Part shown: positions 8,901-13,927 of the stretch, piece by piece | Numbering within the stretch: position 1 is the stretch's first letter | How the letters are laid out: the number at the start of each line of letters is the position of its first letter | Translations under genes and position numbers: made by a program | Notes under the pieces: generated by a model | Database searches by the model: none | Seen by the model: only the letters and a program-made list of their open reading frames with translations | What the model was told of the DNA's origin: nothing | Source: an uncultured Nitrososphaerota archaeon | Lineage (GTDB): Archaea; Korarchaeota; Korarchaeia; Korarchaeales; Korarchaeaceae | Assembly: GCA_964618805.1 (NCBI GenBank) | Contig: CAZUBM010000038.1 | Span: 1 to 13,927, forward strand | Reading direction: 5' to 3' | DNA: 13,927 nucleotides

Positions 8901-9153
8901 CAGAGGAGTCAGTGAAATTTAGGACTCCATCCGTTAGGGCGTAATACTGACCGTAGAAGAAGATCGAAGGACTTGGGTTAATCTCCTTAATGAGTTCAGC
9001 AAACTGCTCATCGCTTAGCTCCTTTATTTTTTCCTCTATTTTCTTCAGGACTTTGGTTTTCTCCTTCGTTAATTCCGCCCCACTCTGCTCTAGGATCCTC
9101 CTTATGAGTATCAATCTTTCCTCTGTCTTTGTTGTAATTTTTCGTTGGTTCAT
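5908..9153 (-). CDS. Intein-containing divergent MCM-like AAA+ ATPase with N-terminal helical/wHTH-like region (559 aa after splicing)
   Basis: Walker A NLALFGEPGTGKT (8311-8334 for GEPGTGKT), Walker-B-like FIITEFND, LKIAMEHGII (MCM HEAMEQ-like), sensor-I-like SVNYN, Arg-finger-like AIEERM and sensor-II-like SPRLERR. No MCM Zn-finger cysteines in the N-terminal region. Confidence 0.75.
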   Translation of the reverse strand: MNQRKITTKTEERLILIRRILEQSGAELTKEKTKVLKKIEEKIKELSDEQFAELIKEINPSPSIFFYGQYYALTDGVLNFTDSSELIRIRVREALKRWQDRAYYILFAASKMKGAFTERQLAEKMKKLDFPYLQHSLLGWLESFRLLMKTPEGKWKVPEEILSAMKKELADYQPKLKLRSALAKRELEEVMRMEKEFDDFLKLLMEERLDRTISFGEEFSVSKLVEYHRSLFGPVLYYDILLTMTQQYSLADVSVVTEEGGARMRTGFNLALFGEPGTGKTFSTYTMIMGDPNKGIPAHGLPGRNRYCGGMTPAKFIRIGEAYEGRKYNFIITEFNDWFKYCLPYDALVLTATGELVPIGEIVERKKDISVVSVNPRTLELEIDRVQKVSSRETDELVELTTETGKLLRLTPNHPLPVLTTGEIVWKPASEFEIGDYLISLGELPSLLTESQESPTFWQFLPENVYVKINPQTLSLFRKLINGKFKNPKEFSRKIGVKYTTFHAYLTGRSSIPFMIFRKMLQLLDLKIPVYELTEKVSRGVESIRLPNEIPAKFMYFVGAVIGDGNINQNRRIKICCPSDPEIVERCLIIIRDLFGVGYIDKNGILIVNNAVLVGLIEKFGIPAKNKAATVDVPPEILRMPKRHICEYLRGLFDTDGTVGIKKPYGGCISFSTISPELARKVQLLLLRLGITSRVFFSKKNRSYCVEIADRTSVQKFAENIGFYSKRKKAKLARLISRYRGIARTKTFVVPAKIASPLLVAVRESEGISASVMHRFFSKSSRYTWERDLALITKKNLRKYIQVVRKLSGEDSTPLTITRGLTNSPLLFERIVNKRILRGKFVVYDILVPKNHNFIANGFLVHNSGMVEPLKIAMEHGIIKWETARQTIGPYRFTSFLSVNYNTRVFERGYEVTIKDPNFSAIEERMLCRLHRLTKERYREIAEKQMELVLGKLKMEKASEIRDHLTLVHAIETEHPLVKDRFKYKPVLLTERVFEEITRAREAILDTIAQERLDFSPRLERRAIQLMCAMSLMSYFKEQDERIRVDSEAMKLGVRFYVEEAAVRSKEKFNPEDVLTKLGLS
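6565..8130 (-). mobile_element. Class 1 intein with LAGLIDADG homing endonuclease (522 aa, residues 342-863)
   Basis: Block A CLPYDALV, block B LTPNHPL, LAGLIDADG motifs FVGAVIGDG and YLRGLFDTDG, block H STISPELARKVQLLLLRLGI, and blocks F/G VYDILVPKNHNFIANGFLVHN followed by Ser+1. Confidence 0.95.
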
Positions 9154-9260
9154 CCTGTACTAAGAGAACCTCCTCATTTTTGATCTTTTCCCACATTTTG
9201 GTGTTATAAAGGACGATTATTTCTTTTAACCAGTAGTTCTAGCGAACTCCAGAAGAACTC

Positions 9261-9868
9261 GTGAGCTCAAATCTTGAAATTATTATGAAAGTAGGAGATC
9301 ACAACATTACAGTACTGATATTCCCCCATGCTTTTCCTCGTAAACACCACATTTCCCATAATTACCTCGATAATCTTCCTGAAATCTACAACGTGGAGGT
9401 CATTGCTGGATCCCTACATTTAAGCATGGTCGAGAGCTTTATGTTGCAAAATTACTATGTTATAGCTTCAGCCCAACCGGACGGTGAGATAGCTCAGAAC
9501 CTAGTATCCGATAAGGAGGTTTTATCCAGCCCAGAATATGCTGAATTGAACCTATACTTGGAGGGCCATTTGCTAATCCTTACGTCAAGGGCGTATGCAT
9601 GAAACTTGGCGTTGTCTTCAGCAGAGATTCAATGTTCATCCATGGAACTCAATACATGGGCGTTTGGGGTAAGAGAGACTACTGTTTGATCTACTTTGAT
9701 GGAATGAACCTCTATGTAATGGGAACTCATAGGTATGGAGCGGAGGCAGGTCTTAGATATGTTAGGGATGTAGCACCTTCAGGTACCTTGTTTCTAATAT
9801 GCTGGACTGATAAGAATGAAAATGGATTGGTAGAAATTGGTGAAATAGAGAAAATAGAGTTGCCTTAG
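9261..9868 (+). pseudogene. Fragment of an S-layer-like/cell-surface protein C-terminal domain, frameshifted
   Basis: The two annotated ORFs join by a frameshift near 9555 to give NL(I)LGGPFANPYVKGVCMKLGVVF...YVMGTHRYGAEAGL...WTDKNENGLVE. GGPxAN and GxxRxGTxAA motifs are typical of archaeal S-layer-type domains. No signal peptide, and an in-frame TAG lies just upstream. Confidence 0.55.
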
Positions 9869-9905
9869 GAATTTTTCAAAGCTGCTGCATCTTCCGTGTC
9901 CACTG

Positions 9906-10178
9906 ATGCCAATTCATAAAATTATAAAAGAAGCTGACATTTCAGTGGTTGATGAACTTCTTAATAATCGGAAAAGAGGAACGCAAGGAATTAATGCGTT
10001 TAAGGAGCTTTTAGAGTCCATGATAGAGACGATGGATGTTCTGCTAGATGGGGAATTACTTAAGGGAATTTCAGAGGCTGAGGAGGACATAAAAGCTGGA
10101 CGGGTAAGGAGGTTAGAGGATTTCGAAGAAGAGTTGAGGCGTCAAGGTCTTTTTATAGACAACTTTTTCTGCGTCTAA
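9906..10178 (+). CDS. Putative RelB/YefM-like antitoxin
   Basis: ETMDVLLDGELLKGISEAEEDIKAGRVRRLEDFEEEL matches the ETLEILxD...AxEDIKAGRV antitoxin C-terminal pattern; the last residues run into the antisense RelE gene. Confidence 0.65.
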   Translation: MPIHKIIKEADISVVDELLNNRKRGTQGINAFKELLESMIETMDVLLDGELLKGISEAEEDIKAGRVRRLEDFEEELRRQGLFIDNFFCV

Positions 10179-10432
10179 CGTCCAGCAAATATACAATCTT
10201 TTCTTTCTCGTCGAGTTTGCATATGGTCTTGTAGTCTCACATGTAGAGATCTCTTTTCTCTGAGAATACCTGTTAGCTTCTTCCCAGCGAAGGGCTTTTT
10301 AGATAGAATCCAGATCTCTTGGAGAATTCTGGCTCTAATCTCTTTGTTTAGCTTTGTCAAGCTTCGCTCAAAGTGTCTCGTAGTGAAGATCTGCCATATT
10401 TCATCGTCTTGGTTGCTTCTATGAGATTTCAT
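10153..10432 (-). pseudogene. RelE/ParE-family toxin, frameshifted
   Basis: WQIFTTRHFERSLTKLNKEIRARI...PFAGKKLTGIL..KRSLHV, then after a frameshift at ~10237 DYKTICKLDEKEKIVYLLDVRRRK (degenerate LRVGDYRIIY...VGHR). Confidence 0.8.
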
Positions 10433-10591
10433 TCACAAATCACCATGTGTGCATTCTTACTTGGGTTTTTCGTTTCTCCTAAATGAAAAACGCCTCGGAG
10501 TATACCCTAGATTCAAGGAAATGGTCACCAAAATGGATTAAAATTTCCAAAATATTTTCAAGTTTTCTAAAATTAGTTGTTGGAGGGCCTG

Positions 10592-10771
10592 ATGGTAGGT
10601 ACATATCAAAGGATTGAGATCAGACAAGATCCAGATCCCTTCTTAACAAGGATTATCATTGCTGGGGATTGGAGAGGCAATTTAGAAAAAGCAAGAGAAC
10701 TCCTTGAAGAAGTCTATGAAGCATGGCCAAGTGGTCGCAAGGTGAAATTTCTCATTACATGTGGTGGTTAA
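10592..10771 (+). CDS. Short hypothetical protein, probably a truncated N-terminal fragment
   Basis: GGAGG RBS at 10582-10586 before the ATG at 10592. The protein-like beta-alpha-beta sequence ends abruptly at FLITCGG*. Confidence 0.4.
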   Translation: MVGTYQRIEIRQDPDPFLTRIIIAGDWRGNLEKARELLEEVYEAWPSGRKVKFLITCGG

Positions 10772-11033
10772 TTTATGTAGATCAAAATTGCATTGGGTTA
10801 ACTTCAGTATGAGTTCTGTTTTCCTCCCTAGTCACAACTCCTTCTTGAGATCCACCAACAGAAGAAAGGAAGTATAAAGAGTTCATTATCTGCTTGAATT
10901 TGTCACATAAACTCCCGCTTCCATCTATGGTCTTCCAGTCAGCTACCAATTTCCTTAATCTCTCCATCATTTTCTTAGAGAAAAGGGATTAAAAGTATGT
11001 GAAGGGTTAACTAAAGTTGTTTATAAACCAGCT

Positions 11034-11264
11034 TTGGTTGAAAGTAGCACGATAAAGGGAAAAATCCAGCATATAATGACTTAAATCAAAAAATATCCTA
11101 GGATGAGTGAATCAAATACTATATCTACGCTAGTTGAACCTCTTCTTGAGATTTTAGGTTGGAACTTACGTGATCTGGATGAAGTTCAGAGAGAATATCC
11201 AGTACGTATCGGAGACAAGGTAGATCGTGTGGATATTAATCGTGTATGGACCGACGGAGAGTGA
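11034..11264 (+). pseudogene. HsdR-N-like PD-(D/E)xK restriction nuclease N-terminal fragment
   Basis: MSESNTISTLVEPLLEILGWNLRDLDEVQREYPVRIGDKVDRVDI (from 11103) matches E.NT...LI.PLL..LGW....EV..EY......RVD. An upstream TTG at 11034 has an in-frame TAA at 11082. Similarity breaks off before the ExK motif. Confidence 0.75.
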
Positions 11265-11823
11265 GCTAGCTTATCATATGAAGAACTTTTCAAGGTACCG
11301 CAAGCATTTGAGTGAAAATGCTGCAATAGAAACCTTGATTTTTGACCAGTTTCATTGGCCATTGAGGGATACAATACGCTCACAAAGTTACAAGGATCTA
11401 GCAGATGAGATATACGAAGAAATTAAGGAAGAATCTTTCAGAAACAAAAAATCCCCTGTTGAATACCTATGGCAGAAAAACACTAGAAGTTATCTTGATA
11501 AAAAATTTAAAGATAAAGGAATTAAAGTTCCGCCATCAAACTATGTAAATGCGATAGAAAAAATTCTAGAGAATCTCGAGCAATTTCAATTTAGTCTAAG
11601 GGAATGGTATAAAAAAGAAGGAATAGATGAAATTTATCGCTTCTTAAAGGATGATGTTCAAGGAATAGGAGAGGATACTGCGAATAGAATAGTCATATCT
11701 TGTAGCAGGATTCTACGATGGAAGCTTCCTAAAGATATGTCGCTACCTAGAGACGTAAAACAACTTCTTAGAAAATTGGGGTTAGATGAGAACGAAGTTC
11801 TGCGCTTCTTAAAGAATACTTGA
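11227..11823 (+). CDS. Helix-hairpin-helix (HhH-GPD-like fold) protein, probably lacking its true 5' end
   Basis: FLKDDVQGIGEDTANRIV is an HhH motif, followed by DVKQLLRKLGL (like the ..VxRxxxRLG helix of HhH-GPD proteins). Long open frame with no clear RBS. Confidence 0.55.
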   Translation: MWILIVYGPTESELAYHMKNFSRYRKHLSENAAIETLIFDQFHWPLRDTIRSQSYKDLADEIYEEIKEESFRNKKSPVEYLWQKNTRSYLDKKFKDKGIKVPPSNYVNAIEKILENLEQFQFSLREWYKKEGIDEIYRFLKDDVQGIGEDTANRIVISCSRILRWKLPKDMSLPRDVKQLLRKLGLDENEVLRFLKNT

Positions 11824-11863
11824 AAGATAAGATATGGAGTCAAGGAAAAAATTTGCATAATCA

Positions 11864-12182
11864 TCATATCATGCGCTCTTTCCTATCTGGTACAGTACTC
11901 CTAATGTTATTCTGCCGAGCAGGACCAATATCGTTATGGCGCTCTTGAATGAAAGGAAGAAATAAAGTATTGCTAAAAGCGTAAAGAATATACTGTTGAA
12001 AAGAAGCATTGCAGAGATTATTGCACCCAAGCCGTTGCGGTATAGTGTTGCTATAATGCCTACGTTAAGCCGCCATGTAATATATTTATGTGGAAATACA
12101 AGTATGCTGCGAAGAGCAGGCCTCCTGCTACAAGCAAGACAAGAAAAGTAACTATAAGAAAACCAAGAATCGCAATGAACAT
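11864..12182 (-). pseudogene. Small multi-pass membrane protein, frameshifted
   Basis: MFIAILGFLIVTFLVLLVAGGLLFAAYLYF... then, in another frame, LNVGIIATLYRNGLGAIISAMLLFNSIFFTLLAILYFFLSFKSAITILVLLG...ERMI*. Confidence 0.4.
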
Positions 12183-12340
12183 AGATTCTACCTTTCTGTT
12201 TATTTAGCTACAAATTCTCTTACTATAAACTTACCGATTCCTTGAGGGTTAATCGCATCTAGAATTATGGTACAAAGAAAAGAAATGGAGCTTATATGAC
12301 CCTTTTTAATACGGGTTAGAAAAGATGAAGATGGAGTATC

Positions 12341-12799
12341 ATGAAGGAAGATGAGAGGGAAAAGGTAATTCAGCAGTTTATTGAGGAGATCAGAGCTGCT
12401 GAAGAGAGCGATGACTATTCTGAGATTAATCGGAAGTCTATTGAGAATAGGCTTGGCTGGTATGAGAAAAATAAGGATAAGCTGAAACTTAGTGGTTCAG
12501 ACGTTCGGAAAGCTTACACTCTACTTATCCGCGAATTCATGAATCTAAGCCCAGAAGAGGCTCCTGTAGTATACGAAGACGAGAGAAAAATTGTTTGGCA
12601 CTCATACAACTGGTGTCCAGTTCTAGAAGCCTGTAAAAGAGCCGGATTCGACACAAGAAAGGTTTGTAAAAAAGGATGGGAGAAATCCGTCCAGTTACTA
12701 ATTGAGAAAATCAACCCAAAGCTACGCTTCACCAGAAACTACAATAAAATACGCCCCTACACAGAATACTGCGAAGAAATAATCGAACTAACCGAATGA
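12341..12799 (+). CDS. Cys-containing hypothetical protein, V4R/ATC-hydrolase-like fold suspected
   Basis: Intact 152 aa; GGAG RBS; motif WCPVLEAC...DTRKVC...INPKLRFTRNY.KIRPYTEYCEE with four Cys. Confidence 0.7.
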   Translation: MKEDEREKVIQQFIEEIRAAEESDDYSEINRKSIENRLGWYEKNKDKLKLSGSDVRKAYTLLIREFMNLSPEEAPVVYEDERKIVWHSYNWCPVLEACKRAGFDTRKVCKKGWEKSVQLLIEKINPKLRFTRNYNKIRPYTEYCEEIIELTE

Positions 12800-12809
12800 C
12801 ACATCATTA

Positions 12810-12824
12810 TAGCGCGCCGCGCTA
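12810..12824. repeat. GC-rich inverted repeat TAGCGCG-C-CGCGCTA just after the stop codon
   Basis: Perfect 7-bp arms; the core GCGCGCCGCGC also occurs at 5200-5210. Confidence 0.6.
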
Positions 12825-13147
12825 ACAACTATAGAGGTTAGCCTAAAGAAGAGCTAGACGTTCCTCTCTGGTTAAACCAGATCTTCTTATTATGGAATTT
12901 GTAATATCAGAACGAAAACAGAATCAAAAGAATCAAACTCAACGAGTCCCATCGAATAGATGAAGATGAAACTCTTTTTTGAGGGATGGTAGAGCGCGCA
13001 TAACCCCAAGATGCTCACACCAGCCCTCCCTTCCTTAAATATTGGAGATCTTGAAAGGTTGAAAAAGCAATAAACCGCTTTTCTATTGGTAAAAATGAGA
13101 GACTTAGCGAAAGGCTTAATTTGCGAATAATTCCGAGAATGCAAAGA

Positions 13148-13495
13148 AATCTTTCTAAACCTTACCTTATACTCTGTAATTATGATAAGCGACCCGTATA
13201 GCCTTTCTTTGTATCTTTCAATTGTTAAAAGAAGATATTTAACTTTGTTCTTTGCTCTTTCGTCTGAAAGTCTTAGAATAATTGCGCCTGGTGGTTTGTA
13301 CAGTAGAGCAAGTCTTCCGAAATCTTTGTCACATGTTATTAAGATCCTGTTTTACTTCTTTGCAACTTCTATTATCTCCAGGTCTTTTGCTCCTCTAAGC
13401 TCTTCTATCGCGGATTTAGAATCATATCCCTTGCCCTTTAGTGCCAAGTGAACCTTTATGCCCGCGCTCTCATCCACAAGAAACTTCTGCTTCAG
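13148..13495 (-). pseudogene. DUF5615-family PIN-like toxin (VapC45-like) with a nonsense codon
   Basis: (CTG)KQKFLVDESAGIKVHLALKGKGYD...GAKDLEIIEVAKK*NRILITCDKDFGRL...PGAIILRL...VRFRKI. TAA at 13352-13354 falls where E of ENRILIT is expected. The start overlaps the DUF433 stop (CTGA). The 3' end is approximate because the frame runs on to 12890. Confidence 0.85.
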
Positions 13496-13713
13496 CGAAG
13501 CGGGTACACCTCCTCCATCTCAAGCACTTTTGAAGCATACAGTAAGGCAGCCCTAATGTCCTCTTCGGTGAGATGTGGGTAATCCTCTAGTATCTCTTCA
13601 ACCGTGAGACCCTCTGCTAAGAGCCTGAGAATTAGTTCAACTGTTATTCTGGTTCCCTTTATTACTGGTTTTCCTCCCATTATCTCTGGGTCGATGACTA
13701 TTCTCTCTACCAT
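13492..13713 (-). CDS. DUF433-domain protein (VapB45-like antitoxin)
   Basis: RIVIDPEIMGGKPVIKGTRITVELIL..LAEG.TVEEILEDYPHLTEEDIRAAL.YA is the canonical DUF433 signature. Confidence 0.93.
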   Translation of the reverse strand: MVERIVIDPEIMGGKPVIKGTRITVELILRLLAEGLTVEEILEDYPHLTEEDIRAALLYASKVLEMEEVYPLR

Positions 13714-13793
13714 ACAACATCAATTTAGTATGATTGAAAGAGTTACTTAAAGAAATGCCAAACATTAATTTTACATAAAAAATATATTACATA

Positions 13794-13864
13794 TGTTTGA
13801 GGGCAGATGCCTGGCGTGGATGCCCCCGCCTAGGGCGAGTCGAAGAAGCGCCGAAGGCCCTCAC
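13794..13864. ncRNA. Candidate structured small RNA (GC-rich hairpin), strand uncertain
   Basis: GC-rich island in AT-rich intergenic DNA, closed by TGAGGGC (13798-13804) and GCCCTCA (13857-13863), with nested GGCG/CGCC and CCCGCC/GGCGAG stems. Confidence 0.45.
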
Positions 13865-13927
13865 TTTCAGTTATTCTCAAACAAGCTTTTTAACCTAGCA
13901 TCCGCTAACCTAAGGGATTGGTGATGA

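Noticed and set aside
5908-9153. Calling the large ORF the canonical replicative MCM
   Set aside because: It lacks the N-terminal Zn-finger signature and the conserved SxAGLTA and IDEFDKM motifs, and it lies in an accessory island.
6361-9196. ORFs 6361-6711, 6752-6985, 7172-7360, 8604-8807 (+) and 9008-9196 (-)
   Set aside because: Shadow or alternative frames of the 1081-aa gene.
10782-10970. 62-aa minus-strand ORF
   Set aside because: No recognisable motif; it may be a gene fragment but cannot be supported.
11186-13451. ORFs 11186-11383, 11658-11867, 12514-12732, 12890-13144 (-) and 13182-13451 (+)
   Set aside because: Antisense shadows; 12890-13144 is only the run-on frame of the DUF5615 pseudogene.
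13812-13848. Resemblance of GTGGATGCCC...CGAAGAAG to the 5' end of 23S rRNA
   Set aside because: Only two short words match; the flanks are AT-rich and not rRNA-like.
13921-13927. GTGATGA as box C of a C/D sRNA
   Set aside because: It is cut by the window edge and equally explained as a GGTGA RBS or a GTG/ATG start; no box D is visible.
1-13927. CRISPR array, tRNA, integrase or transposase
   Set aside because: No regularly spaced repeats, cloverleaf or recombinase/transposase motifs were seen by eye.

Overview
AT-rich (roughly 40% GC by eye) archaeal accessory region, probably from a thermophile given the TATA-box promoters, GGAGG/GGTGA-type RBSs and the gene families present. It reads as a decaying toxin-antitoxin/defence island. 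Intact-looking genes are an AbiEii-type nucleotidyltransferase (5' end outside the window), a DUF4258/DUF2283 pair, an MNT antitoxin, a VapB/VapC pair, a RelB/YefM-like antitoxin, DUF433 and a Cys-rich V4R/ATC-hydrolase-like protein. Many remnants are missing or misread in the ORF track: EVE-domain protein, split AAA_14/DUF4143 ATPase, HEPN stub, multi-stop nucleotidyltransferase, wHTH protein, S-layer-like domain, RelE, HsdR-N-like nuclease, membrane protein and DUF5615 PIN. The central feature is a 1081-aa ORF (5908-9153, minus): a divergent MCM-like AAA+ ATPase (559 aa spliced) interrupted just after Walker B by a 522-aa class 1 intein with an apparently intact LAGLIDADG endonuclease. There are also several operator-like palindromes and a GC-rich hairpin near 13.8 kb that is a candidate ncRNA. 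No rRNA, tRNA, CRISPR array or transposase was recognised. All family calls are by motif recognition, not database search.
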